DNA of 64,000 nucleotides from a candidate division WOR-3 bacterium (GTDB lineage Bacteria > Hydrothermota > 32-111): positions 277,920 through 341,919 of the forward strand of contig JBBFKX010000002.1 of NCBI GenBank assembly GCA_037481815.1. The letters run 5' to 3'. The position numbers were made by a program, and so were the translations under genes. The notes beneath the pieces were generated by a model. It did not search any database and had not been told where the DNA came from. It was given only the letters and a program-made list of their open reading frames with translations. Below are positions 43,752 through 53,316 of this stretch, in pieces (positions within the stretch are counted from its first letter, which is position 1; the number at the start of each line of letters is the position of its first letter).

Positions 43752-44221
43752 GAGATTTCAACAAACTCTGTTGTCACAGGTTTTGGACTCTTTACAGATA
43801 AAAAGATTGCAACTTCATCAGAAATATTTTCAAAGTTATGAACAACCCCCTTTGAAGCATAAGCCATATCCCCCTGTTGCAACACCTGAAATTTTCCATC
43901 AATGTAAAACTTAATTTTTCCTCTTAAAACAAAAAACAGCTCATCGTTTCCAGGGTGTTTATGCAATGGAACTTTTGAACCAACAGGCATGTTGTATATG
44001 AAGGGAGACAATATTTCTAAACTGTCAAAGAAAGGATTAATCTCTATTTTATCAGAATAAGATACCTTCTCACCATAAAACATAAATATTCTTGTTAGAT
44101 CTTCTTTTTCTATCTCAACGAATTTCTCTTTTGGAGATTTACAGTTTGGACAAAAATCAGGAGGATTATTACCTTTATGGATATAACCACAAACCGAACA
44201 TTTAAAAATTTTCATAAACAC
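43748..44221 (-). CDS. Rubredoxin-like plus cupin fusion protein
   Basis: CSVCGYIH...CPNC; cupin HKHPGNDELF...GVVHNF. Confidence 0.88.
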   Translation of the reverse strand: MFMKIFKCSVCGYIHKGNNPPDFCPNCKSPKEKFVEIEKEDLTRIFMFYGEKVSYSDKIEINPFFDSLEILSPFIYNMPVGSKVPLHKHPGNDELFFVLRGKIKFYIDGKFQVLQQGDMAYASKGVVHNFENISDEVAIFLSVKSPKPVTTEFVEIS

Positions 44222-44227
44222 TCCTTT

Positions 44228-44599
44228 TTAGAAAATTGATAGACTACTCAATGGTACAAAATAAGCAAAAAGAGCCCCAAGAACAATACCTGTTAAACAC
44301 CCTAAACACGCTTCAGGTGGCATACCCTCTAACTCGTTCATAAGGTCTGATGCACCACCTATAACATATATTACTCCCATTAACCCAAGACCTATACATA
44401 CTGCTGTGACACACCATGATGGTGGTTCTGAATTTTGATCAAAAGCTGTCACACTTTGATTTAATACAAATCCACCAGATATGAGTGAACTTAACACTTT
44501 TTGTCTATGAGATATTTTTCTTGTTTTGAAAACAACATCTCCAAAACAGATGTTAACAATCAAAACAAATATTAACAAAATGGAAACTATCTTTTTCAT
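44228..44599 (-). CDS. Small exported protein with two Cys/Gly hydrophobic segments
   Basis: SD GGAG; signal peptide; PPSWCVTAVCIG and PPEACLGCLTG segments. Confidence 0.7.
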   Translation of the reverse strand: MKKIVSILLIFVLIVNICFGDVVFKTRKISHRQKVLSSLISGGFVLNQSVTAFDQNSEPPSWCVTAVCIGLGLMGVIYVIGGASDLMNELEGMPPEACLGCLTGIVLGALFAYFVPLSSLSIF

Positions 44600-44611
44600 A
44601 AAGAACTCCCC

Positions 44612-44848
44612 TCAAATCTGAAATGCGTATACTATCATAGCCCCCACAACAAACCCGGCAATACAGGAGAGAGTCAAACATTCGATTCCACCTTCATCCT
44701 GCATTTTTGAAAATGCATTTGTATAATGTTTATTAAAATTGTCGCTCTGATTCAAGGATTCAAAATCTGGTAATAAAGATTTTAAACTAGAAAGAAAACC
44801 TGAAAAAAGGATGAAAAATAAAAGAGAATAAATTATAACAGTTTTCAT
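44612..44848 (-). CDS. Small exported protein with one Cys/Gly hydrophobic segment
   Basis: SD GGAGG; signal peptide; GG-IECLTLSCIAGFVVGA. Confidence 0.65.
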   Translation of the reverse strand: MKTVIIYSLLFFILFSGFLSSLKSLLPDFESLNQSDNFNKHYTNAFSKMQDEGGIECLTLSCIAGFVVGAMIVYAFQI

Positions 44849-46122
44849 TTTTCCTCCTTAATTTTTTCTTTTAAATATTTGAATACAACATAATTTCCTT
44901 TTTCATTGATATGTGTATTATTTTTTCTGTAAAGTTCTTCTCCTTTTTCATAACATATTTTAAAAGTATCAACAAGTGAGAAAAATTTTAAATCATATTT
45001 TTTTAATATTCTCTCAATTTTTCGATCAGCAAAATCCCATTCTTTGAATTGCACAGAAGCGTTTTCCATCAAATCCTTTTGAAGAGTTTTGTCAACGGCG
45101 AACTGATCTGGAATTATCAAAAAATAAACTTTCTTTTTTCTCTCTTTGAAAAATCTTGTAATAGATTCAATATTTTTTTCAAAAAATCTCCACTCTTTAT
45201 CATAAGAATTTTCAATCAAAATTTTTGACCTTCGATTTTCGATGTTAATAAAATTTTCTTCTGATAGATCCCCAGATACATTTTTTAATTGTAAAAATGA
45301 GAGAAAATTTTTAATCAGGTTTACACTTTTTAAATTATTTATCGAATAATTGTTTTCAGGATAGTAAATCTCTGTGATATCATTACCTGAAAATATCATA
45401 ATGAAAGTCATATCCGAAGATGTTTTATCAAAATAATTAACAAGAATTTCATAGTAATCTTTCGGCGAATTACCAGGTTGAGAAAGGTTTATAACTTCAT
45501 ATCCGAGAGAATCCTCAAACATTTTTATAAAATTGTTCTTATAGTCCACAACTCCAACTCCAAAAGAATCTCCAATAAAAAGAATTCTTTGTTTTGTTTT
45601 TGGTTTATCAAATTCTGTTCCCAAAAAGCCATATCTGTTGACTTTTTCATTGTTGAAATAGGTGTTTGGTTTGAGTTTCATAATTTCATCTTTTCTTTTT
45701 AAAATATCTATTGGTTTAAAAACATAAAAAATGTTTAAAATTATTTCAAGTGAAAAAAATAGTACAACGAAATTGATATAAACAATTTCTAGATTTTCTT
45801 GTATTTTTAAACTCTTAAAATATCTTTTAAAAAAATAGATCGTTAAATAAAAAAATCTGTTAAAAGTTATTATGAGGATTTCAGGGAAGAGGTGTGTTCT
45901 AAAAAATATTGAAGTGATAAAAAATGATAATGGAAATGAAAATAAAAAAATTTTGAAATCGAGATGAAAAAAGAGAATAACAATAGAAGATATGTAAAAT
46001 CCGATTATGGTATAGAGATAAGGTAAAAAATATTTTTTTTCAAAAAATATGGTGACAAGAATTATTGTAACAAGAATATAAATTTTAAAAATTTTTTCAA
46101 ATATTTTTGACCTGTTCCTCAC
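44845..46122 (-). CDS. Membrane-anchored SGNH hydrolase/acyltransferase (AlgX/AlgJ-like)
   Basis: FIGDSF, SGND, NTHINEKGN; N-terminal TM helices. Confidence 0.85.
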   Translation of the reverse strand: MRNRSKIFEKIFKIYILVTIILVTIFFEKKYFLPYLYTIIGFYISSIVILFFHLDFKIFLFSFPLSFFITSIFFRTHLFPEILIITFNRFFYLTIYFFKRYFKSLKIQENLEIVYINFVVLFFSLEIILNIFYVFKPIDILKRKDEIMKLKPNTYFNNEKVNRYGFLGTEFDKPKTKQRILFIGDSFGVGVVDYKNNFIKMFEDSLGYEVINLSQPGNSPKDYYEILVNYFDKTSSDMTFIMIFSGNDITEIYYPENNYSINNLKSVNLIKNFLSFLQLKNVSGDLSEENFINIENRRSKILIENSYDKEWRFFEKNIESITRFFKERKKKVYFLIIPDQFAVDKTLQKDLMENASVQFKEWDFADRKIERILKKYDLKFFSLVDTFKICYEKGEELYRKNNTHINEKGNYVVFKYLKEKIKEEK

Positions 46123-46128
46123 AAAAAA

Positions 46129-46157
46129 ATTTTATAAAAAAAATCAAAAAATGTCAA
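46129..46157 (-). promoter_or_regulatory. Sigma70 promoter, probably leaderless
   Basis: TTGACA-17-TAAAAT, then 6 nt, then GTG at 46122; the -35 overlaps the thiC stop. Confidence 0.72.
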
Positions 46158-47419
46158 TCTACCAATTCGTTTAATCTCTTAACAGCACAAAAATCGCCAC
46201 ACATTGAACAGACATTACTATCTTCAACTTTGGATTTTTTTCTATATTCTTTAAATTTTTTTTCATCTATTGAAAATTTTGACATCTTTTCCCAATCGAG
46301 TTTTTTTCTTGCTTTTGACATTTGAGTATTTATTTCAAGAGCATACCTTCTACCAAGGGCAAGATCAGCAGAAAATGCCGCAATTTTTGACGCAATAACA
46401 CCTTCTTTAACATCTTCAACATCAGGAAGTTTTAAATGTTCTGCGGGAGTAACATAACATAAGAAATCAGCCCCAAAATATGCCGCAAGAGTTCCTCCTA
46501 TAGCACCTGCAATATGGTCATACCCTGCTGAAATATCATTTACAAGAGGCCCAAGGACATAAAATGGTGCGTTATGTGTAACTCTTTTCATTATCTCAAT
46601 ATTTGGTTGTATGTGTTGTAAATATAGGTGTCCTGGCCCTTCAACCATAACTTGAACCTTTTTCTCTCTTGCTCTATCAACAAGTTCTCCCAAAATCAAA
46701 AGTTCTTCTATCTGCCCCCTATCTGTACCATCCTCGCATGCTCCAGGTCTTAAACCATCACCAAGTGATATTGTAACATTGTATTCTTTCAAAATATCAA
46801 GGATTTCATCATAATATTGATAAAGTGGTGATTCCTTCTTGTTATGTTTCATCCAAGCAATTAAAAATGAACCTCCCCTCGAAACCACATCCATTATTCT
46901 TTTCTCTTTAAAAATTTTATCCATAGAAGATAGGGTAACTCCAGAATGTATAGTCATGAAGTCAACACCATCCTTTGCTTGTTCTTCAACAGTTTTCAAA
47001 AAATCATCTATTTTCATTTCAACTATATCCTTTTTTTTCAAAGAAAGTTCAAATCCAGTTTCGTATATTGGCACAGTTCCAACCATAACAGGGCAGAGTT
47101 CAAGAATTTTTTTTCTGATAATCTTAATCTTATTCCCCAACGATAGATCCATTACCGAATGAGCACCATACTCAACAGCGATTTTCATCTTTTTAATTTC
47201 TTCCTCTACATTTATATGCATAGGAGAGGAACCTATATTTGCATTTATTTTTTTTGACAGACCTTTTCCGATGGCATAATAATTTTTCTTTTTTCTTCTT
47301 ATATTATCAGGTAATACAATTGTTCCATTCTTTATTCCTTCAATTATTACAGATTCATCTACTGCATCATTCTTTGCTGCATTTTTTATCGCTTCTTTGT
47401 GAAACACAATATCTTTCAT
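46154..47419 (-). CDS. thiC: Phosphomethylpyrimidine synthase
   Basis: KINANIG, MDLS, SRGGS, SLGDGLRPG, EGPGH, CYVTPAEHL, CSMCGDFC; ATG 47419 follows AAGGAG. Confidence 0.97.
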   Translation of the reverse strand: MKDIVFHKEAIKNAAKNDAVDESVIIEGIKNGTIVLPDNIRRKKKNYYAIGKGLSKKINANIGSSPMHINVEEEIKKMKIAVEYGAHSVMDLSLGNKIKIIRKKILELCPVMVGTVPIYETGFELSLKKKDIVEMKIDDFLKTVEEQAKDGVDFMTIHSGVTLSSMDKIFKEKRIMDVVSRGGSFLIAWMKHNKKESPLYQYYDEILDILKEYNVTISLGDGLRPGACEDGTDRGQIEELLILGELVDRAREKKVQVMVEGPGHLYLQHIQPNIEIMKRVTHNAPFYVLGPLVNDISAGYDHIAGAIGGTLAAYFGADFLCYVTPAEHLKLPDVEDVKEGVIASKIAAFSADLALGRRYALEINTQMSKARKKLDWEKMSKFSIDEKKFKEYRKKSKVEDSNVCSMCGDFCAVKRLNELVD

Positions 47420-48431
47420 AATAACTCCTTTCAATATCCAAAAACTCTTTTATTCTTTTAGATGGATTATCACTTTCATTTATATATGAAAGAACAGCAA
47501 AATTTTTGAAACCAAGATTCAAAATTTCAATAAGATTGTGCGGTTTTATCCCACCAATCCCTACAGATGGAAGGTTAGAAACTCCCAACATTTTCTTTGC
47601 CTTATCTAATCCTAAAACTTTATCCTTAATAAGTTTTGAATTTGTTGGATAAATTGGCCCAACTCCAACATAATCAGGATTTTCTTTTAGACCATTTTTT
47701 AGTTGAGACAGATTGTGCGTTGATTTTCCAACGATAATATATTCAGAAAATCTTCTGACATCTTTAACAGAAATATCGGTTTGACCCACATGGACTCCAT
47801 CAGCATCTGAAAGTATTGTGATATCAACTCTATCATCAACTATGAACAAGGTTTCACTTCCTTTTGTTATGTTTCTGATATTTTTTGCTATGTTTAGAAT
47901 CTTTTTATCAGAAAGTTTTTTATCTCTGAGTTGTATAACTTTGATTCTGTTTTTTACGGCTATTTCACTTAACTTTTCATAGCCAACTACAGGATCAGTC
48001 ATGATAAGATACAAACCAACATTTTGAGGAAAAACTTTTTTTAACAAAACTTTTACAATATCTTTTTCAATCATATAAAGGTTAAATCTTATTTCTTTAA
48101 ATTCTTTTGAAATTTTTGAATCTTTGATTTTAAAAATCTCTTCAAGAACTCTTGATGATTCCTGACATCTTCCGATTGAGGCCCTTATGATATCTCCAAA
48201 ATTTTTTCTCTCATTTTTGTCATACTCATAAATCTTTCCTGGATCAGTTTCTGTATCACGTTTAAAAATAGTGCCGGCAGATATTTTTTTTCTTAAAATG
48301 TATAACTTTTCCCTTTGTTTTCTTATTCTTATCAAAAGATTTTCATCTCTTCTTTCAAACCTAACAAAATCCTCTACCAGCCTTAAACCTTCAGACAACC
48401 TGTTTAAATTAACATCTATTATTCTTTCCGT
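47367..48431 (-). CDS. thiE: ThiD2-ThiE fusion (HMP-P kinase domain plus thiamine-phosphate synthase)
   Basis: QLRDK, DDRVD, GVHVGQTD, GKSTH, GPIYPTNSK. The N-terminal RIIDVNLNRLSEGLRLVED (ThiD2 motif) extends upstream of the tracked TTG to an ACG at 48431. Confidence 0.9.
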   Translation of the reverse strand, partial: TERIIDVNLNRLSEGLRLVEDFVRFERRDENLLIRIRKQREKLYILRKKISAGTIFKRDTETDPGKIYEYDKNERKNFGDIIRASIGRCQESSRVLEEIFKIKDSKISKEFKEIRFNLYMIEKDIVKVLLKKVFPQNVGLYLIMTDPVVGYEKLSEIAVKNRIKVIQLRDKKLSDKKILNIAKNIRNITKGSETLFIVDDRVDITILSDADGVHVGQTDISVKDVRRFSEYIIVGKSTHNLSQLKNGLKENPDYVGVGPIYPTNSKLIKDKVLGLDKAKKMLGVSNLPSVGIGGIKPHNLIEILNLGFKNFAVLSYINESDNPSKRIKEFLDIERSYYERYCVSQRSDKKCSKE

Positions 48432-49201
48432 AATTCCTCCTTTATCAACTTATAAGATTTATATCCCGAAAGCAACATTCCACCAAAAATTGGTCCCATT
48501 CTGAAACCACCAAACACACCGTTAGCAGCCATTCCTGAAACAAAAAAGTTTTTGTAAACTTCTCTTGTATTTTCAACTGTTTCCCTTTCTCCAAGTTCTG
48601 CATTCATAGGTTTTTCACCTTCAATTTTTCCCGATGGAGTGTTGAGTTTTACGTTTGCTTTTTTTACCAGTACAGATGTCAATTCCGCAGGATGTCCTGT
48701 TGCATCTATGACTTTTTTTGAGATAACAGTCAGAGGATCAACATGCAAAGACATATACTCAACAGGTGTCCAGTTGATCACAATTCCACAAACAGCATTA
48801 TCTTTCAAAACAACATCAACAACTTTTATAAGATTAAATATTTTCAACCCAACTCTTGAACTGTTGTATATCAGTGATGATGTTGTTTGAACAGAATCAA
48901 GCACAAAATATCCTTCAGATTCTTCTTTTAGTTCTACATTAAACTCTTTAAGTATTTCCACAGCATCTTTTTGAACAACAATGCTGTTAAACATCATTCC
49001 TCCTCCCCACATTCCTCCACCAGGAGCAAGTTTTGTTTCAAACAGTGCAACTTTAAAACCATCCTTTGCAAGATAGTAGCCAGCAACAAGACCAGAGGGT
49101 CCTCCACCAACGATAGCAACATCAAGATTCAAATTTTCTTTCAGTTTTTCAAAATAGTTTTTCACAATCAGTTCACTTATCTTTTGATCCTGTAGTATCA
49201 T
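48419..49201 (-). CDS. thi4: Sulfide-dependent ADP-thiazole synthase
   Basis: GGGPSG, GGGMWGGGM, HVDPL (His rather than Cys), DATGH, RMGPIFGGM. Confidence 0.95.
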   Translation of the reverse strand: MILQDQKISELIVKNYFEKLKENLNLDVAIVGGGPSGLVAGYYLAKDGFKVALFETKLAPGGGMWGGGMMFNSIVVQKDAVEILKEFNVELKEESEGYFVLDSVQTTSSLIYNSSRVGLKIFNLIKVVDVVLKDNAVCGIVINWTPVEYMSLHVDPLTVISKKVIDATGHPAELTSVLVKKANVKLNTPSGKIEGEKPMNAELGERETVENTREVYKNFFVSGMAANGVFGGFRMGPIFGGMLLSGYKSYKLIKEELRKE

Positions 49202-49217
49202 AAAAACCTCCTAAAAT

Positions 49218-49242
49218 AAAAAAATCAGGTTTTGAACCTGAT
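49218..49242 (-). terminator. Intrinsic terminator (riboswitch expression platform)
   Basis: ATCAGGTT-CAA-AACCTGAT followed by TTTTTT on the minus strand. Confidence 0.85.
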
Positions 49243-49249
49243 CTTTCTG

Positions 49250-49335
49250 ATTTCCCTACGGCAGCATTACCTGCATCAGGTTCAAAGGGTCAACGGTCAC
49301 ACCGTTTTCTCAGCCGCTTACAGCAGCTCCCCTAA
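49250..49335 (-). ncRNA. TPP riboswitch
   Basis: Minus strand AGGGGAGC...GCTGAGA...ACCCTTTGAACCTGATGCAGGTAATGCTGCCGTAGGGA, upstream of thi4. Confidence 0.96.
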
Positions 49336-49340
49336 AATAG

Positions 49341-49369
49341 AATTTAACACTTAAAATTTTAAAAGTCAA
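49341..49369 (-). promoter_or_regulatory. Promoter of the thi operon
   Basis: TTGACT-17-TAAATT; predicted TSS falls at the aptamer 5' end. Confidence 0.7.
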
Positions 49370-49372
49370 CTA

Positions 49373-52300
49373 TCACACTTCACATTTTTCCCTTTTGATC
49401 TTTGTTTCAACTATTGAGTAAATAACAGGAACAAGTATCAGTGTGACGACGGTTGAAAAAGAGAGTCCGCCAATTACAACTATCCCAAGAGATCTCCACA
49501 TTTCAGCACCTTCCTTTGTGCTCAAGGCAAGTGGAAGTAGGCCAAAAATGGTTGTTAAAGTTGTCATGAGGACCGGTCTTAATCTTCTCTTTCCTGCCAA
49601 TGCAACAGCATCACACAAACTTACTCCATTCTCTCTGAGTTGATTCATATAACTTACAAGAACTATAGCATTGTTTACCACTATTCCAACAAGCATAAGC
49701 ATTCCGACAAATCCCATTATCGAAAGAGTAGTGTTCGTTAAGAACAAAGCAAGAATAACACCAGTGAAAGCAAATGGTATTGAGAAAAATATTATGAAAG
49801 GATCAAGAAACGATTCAAACTGAGCAGCCATTACAAGAAATACCAAAATTATTCCAATAACTATTGCTATCGAAAGATCTCTAAAAGATTCCTGCTGACT
49901 TTTTACATCTCCACTGTTTATAATAGTTATTTCTTGAGGAACAGAAATTTCCGAAATCATCTTTTGAACTTTCCTGTTACCATCTGAAAGTGATATGTTG
50001 TTAAGGTTTGCCTGTACACTGATATATCTCATCCTGTTTTTTCTTTCAATTGTTGGTGGCTGTTTGGTCAATTTTATCGATGCAACACTTGAGAGCGGGA
50101 CATTAAAATTAGCAGGCGTTGTTATCGGTAATGACTTCAAATTGTTGATATTTCTTAGGTACTTTTTATCAAAGAATACGTTTATATCATATTCATAACC
50201 ATCTTTTCTGAAAACTGAGGGAATATTTCCATTTATACCATTTCTTAAACTCAACATCAAATAATAGTTGTTCACTCCAAAATTCGCAACACTTTCTTTC
50301 TTCGGGATAACAGAGATATCTTCTATCTCTTCTTCTCTTGATATCGAAACATCCACAAAACTACCATCATCCTCTATCTTCTTTTTCAATTCTTTTGCGA
50401 TAGAAAAAGTTTTTGAAATATCTTCTCCGTATATTTCAACAGCTATTTGTTTTTGATTTGAAAACCCTCCAGCAAAATTTGAACTCATCTCAACATTTTT
50501 TACTTCAGGATAACTCTGAATAAATTTCCTTATTGAAGAAAGATTCTCTTTCACCTGATTTATCGAAAGGTTATCTTTGAACGCTATAATTATCGTTGAA
50601 GAGTATTGGGTAGAACCACCAAACATTCTCCCACTTGTACCACCAGCATAGAAAACAAAATTTTCAACATCAGGAAAATTATTTTTTATTTTTTTCCCTA
50701 TTTCAGTCATAATACTATCTGTAACTTCTATTCTCAGACCAGGAGAAAGATTTACAGTTCCTCTTACTCTATTTCCACCAAAAGATGAAAAGAATTCTGT
50801 CTTTATTGAGGGAAGAAGGAACAAAACACCAACAAAAATAACCACAACAGTAATTATTATAAATTTTTTATTTCTCATCGAATATGATAAAAAATCTGAA
50901 TAGAACTGTTCAACATCGTTAAACCATTTTTCAGTTATGTTATGAAACCTTTCGAGAAATTTTTCTTTATATTTTAACAGTTTTGAGCTTAACATCGGTG
51001 TTAAAGTTATGGAAATAAAAAGTGATGCAAAAAGAACAACTGAGACCGTGTACGCTAACTGTTTAAATAGAAATGAGGTAAATCCTTCTATAATAAGAAG
51101 TGGAATAAAGATTGCAATTGTTGTTAGAGTTGACGCAAATATAGCTCCAATTACCTCATTCGTTCCATCGAGTGCTGCGTTTTTAATCTCCTTCTTTTCC
51201 TCATCTTTATGTCTGTAAATATTTTCAAGAACAACTATCGAATTATCCACCACCATACCTAAAGCGATCGAGAGCGATGCCAGGGAGATAATGTTCAAAG
51301 TTGATTTTGCAAGGTAAAGATATATGATTCCAAATATAAGAGAAAATGGAAGTGATAATGATATTATCAAACTACCTGTTATATTTCTTAAAAATATAAA
51401 CACAATTATCACAACAAAGATAAAAGCATATAAAATTGTCGAAGAGAGATTGCTTATAGAATTTGTTATCTGTTTTGATGTATCAAAAACAATGTTGATA
51501 GTTGTTCCTTCGGGATACATATTTTTAATATCTTTCAACCTTCGATTCAATTCTTCGACAATCTTTACAGTGTTCGCATTTGATTGCTTCTGAATAACAA
51601 CAACCATTCCTTCTTTTCCGTTAATTTTTGCAACACCTTCGATTTCTCCCTGAGAAAAGTCAATATCCGCAACATTATATAAATAAACAGGATTTTTTCC
51701 AGAATAACCTACTATCGTTTTTGATATATCATTTACAGATGTATATTCTCCAGGTAACCTTAAAGAATAACTTCTTATGCCTTGTCTTACTTCCCCAAGA
51801 GGTATATTCAAATTGTTCGCAGAAATCATCGAATTGATCTGAGATAAAGATATGTTGTACTTTATCAGGTCTGGTATTCTAACTTTCACATTTACTTTCT
51901 TTTTACTTGAAGATGTTATCGAAACAGCTCCAACACCTGGGATCTGTCTTATCTTATCAAGAACAACCTTTTCTGTGAAATCGTACATTTTTGCAACTTC
52001 ACCTTCATTTTCAAAAACTATTGTTACAGTAGCAACCGGAATCATTGATGTTGAGAATTTGAAAACTGTTGGTGTTTGAGCATCTTCAGGTAAAGAACTC
52101 TTTATGAGTTCGATCTGGGTTCTTATATCGTTTGCAGCAGCATCAAGGTTTTTACCCCAGTTAAAGGAAACTGTAACAAAAGAAACCGATTCCATCGAAT
52201 TTGAATTTATCTCTGTCACATCTGGAACCATCGAAATCGCTGACTCTATTTTTTTCGTTATCTGCTCCTCAACATCGATACTCGAAGCCCCTGGATATAC

Positions 52301-52441
52301 GGTTATTATGGAAATTTGAGGTAACTCAATGTTTGGAAGCATTTCAAGAGAAAGATTTTTAAATGAAAGAAAACCAAATATCAATATAACAATAAAAACA
52401 ACTATAATAAAAATTGGTCTTCTGATAGATAGTTTTACCAT
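49373..52441 (-). CDS. RND efflux permease (AcrB/AcrD/AcrF family)
   Basis: SIRRP, TVYPGAS, GMVVDNSIVVLENI, RRLRPVLMTTLTT. Confidence 0.95.
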   Translation of the reverse strand: MVKLSIRRPIFIIVVFIVILIFGFLSFKNLSLEMLPNIELPQISIITVYPGASSIDVEEQITKKIESAISMVPDVTEINSNSMESVSFVTVSFNWGKNLDAAANDIRTQIELIKSSLPEDAQTPTVFKFSTSMIPVATVTIVFENEGEVAKMYDFTEKVVLDKIRQIPGVGAVSITSSSKKKVNVKVRIPDLIKYNISLSQINSMISANNLNIPLGEVRQGIRSYSLRLPGEYTSVNDISKTIVGYSGKNPVYLYNVADIDFSQGEIEGVAKINGKEGMVVVIQKQSNANTVKIVEELNRRLKDIKNMYPEGTTINIVFDTSKQITNSISNLSSTILYAFIFVVIIVFIFLRNITGSLIISLSLPFSLIFGIIYLYLAKSTLNIISLASLSIALGMVVDNSIVVLENIYRHKDEEKKEIKNAALDGTNEVIGAIFASTLTTIAIFIPLLIIEGFTSFLFKQLAYTVSVVLFASLFISITLTPMLSSKLLKYKEKFLERFHNITEKWFNDVEQFYSDFLSYSMRNKKFIIITVVVIFVGVLFLLPSIKTEFFSSFGGNRVRGTVNLSPGLRIEVTDSIMTEIGKKIKNNFPDVENFVFYAGGTSGRMFGGSTQYSSTIIIAFKDNLSINQVKENLSSIRKFIQSYPEVKNVEMSSNFAGGFSNQKQIAVEIYGEDISKTFSIAKELKKKIEDDGSFVDVSISREEEIEDISVIPKKESVANFGVNNYYLMLSLRNGINGNIPSVFRKDGYEYDINVFFDKKYLRNINNLKSLPITTPANFNVPLSSVASIKLTKQPPTIERKNRMRYISVQANLNNISLSDGNRKVQKMISEISVPQEITIINSGDVKSQQESFRDLSIAIVIGIILVFLVMAAQFESFLDPFIIFFSIPFAFTGVILALFLTNTTLSIMGFVGMLMLVGIVVNNAIVLVSYMNQLRENGVSLCDAVALAGKRRLRPVLMTTLTTIFGLLPLALSTKEGAEMWRSLGIVVIGGLSFSTVVTLILVPVIYSIVETKIKREKCEV

Positions 52442-52444
52442 AGT

Positions 52445-53305
52445 TCACCTAACCTTCACTTTCTGTCCATCTTTTAACATATCTGAACCGATAGTCACAA
52501 CAGTGTCTCCAATATTTAAACCTGATATTATCTCTACCTGTGATTCATTTTTGAGACCAGTTTTAACATCTACTTTGTTTGCGATGCCATTTTTCAAAAC
52601 AAAAACATATTCACCAATTTGATCATTTTTAACAGATTCAAATGGGACAGTTAAAACATCTTCTTTCTTTTCTAAAAGTATTTTTACTGTACAACCTTTA
52701 TTTATTAAATTCCCATCACCTGTAAACAGTACATCAATACTACCAAGATTTGTATAATTGTTTGGATATTTTGAAACTCTGATAACCTTTCCGTTAAACT
52801 TTTTTTCGTCAACTTCAACCTGTGCAAAAGTTCCATTTTTAATTTTTTCAAGCAATTCAGAGGAAACTGAAATTTTTGCAATTTTGTTTACATCATCAAC
52901 TATCATACATACAGGTGTTTGGTTTGTTACAAAATCTCCTTTGTTTATTGATAATTCATAAACTCTTCCATCTATAGGAGAGATTACCTTCGCTTTTTCA
53001 AAAGAAACCCCGGGAATCGATCTGTCTATTTCAGCTATAATCTGATCTTTCCTTACATATTCACCCTCTGATACCTTGTATTCCAGAAATCTACCGGGAA
53101 CATCAGGAAACACTTCTGTTTGTTTATAACCTTCTATTTTTCCATAAAAATCCTGATATATTTTTATTTCCTGTTTCTCTACCAAAGTATAGGAAACTGT
53201 TCTTATAAATTCCTCACTTTTCATCGGCTTATTTCTTGTTTTTGAAAAGATAACGAAAACGATCAAAACAACAACGATCGATAAGATAACAAAAAATTTT
53301 TTCAT
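52445..53305 (-). CDS. RND periplasmic adaptor subunit
   Basis: TM anchor, lipoyl-like halves (VSEGEYV, SPIDG), GLNIGDTVV...LKDGQKV. Confidence 0.92.
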   Translation of the reverse strand: MKKFFVILSIVVVLIVFVIFSKTRNKPMKSEEFIRTVSYTLVEKQEIKIYQDFYGKIEGYKQTEVFPDVPGRFLEYKVSEGEYVRKDQIIAEIDRSIPGVSFEKAKVISPIDGRVYELSINKGDFVTNQTPVCMIVDDVNKIAKISVSSELLEKIKNGTFAQVEVDEKKFNGKVIRVSKYPNNYTNLGSIDVLFTGDGNLINKGCTVKILLEKKEDVLTVPFESVKNDQIGEYVFVLKNGIANKVDVKTGLKNESQVEIISGLNIGDTVVTIGSDMLKDGQKVKVR

Positions 53306-53316
53306 TTAATTCCTCC

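Noticed and set aside
47367-47419. 53-nt thiE/thiC overlap as a frameshift
   Set aside because: The ThiE domain is complete before the overlap and thiC has its own SD and ATG.
49373-52441. Altered RND proton relay (VDNS, VVNNA) as inactivation
   Set aside because: This variant is common among intact RND permeases of anaerobes.
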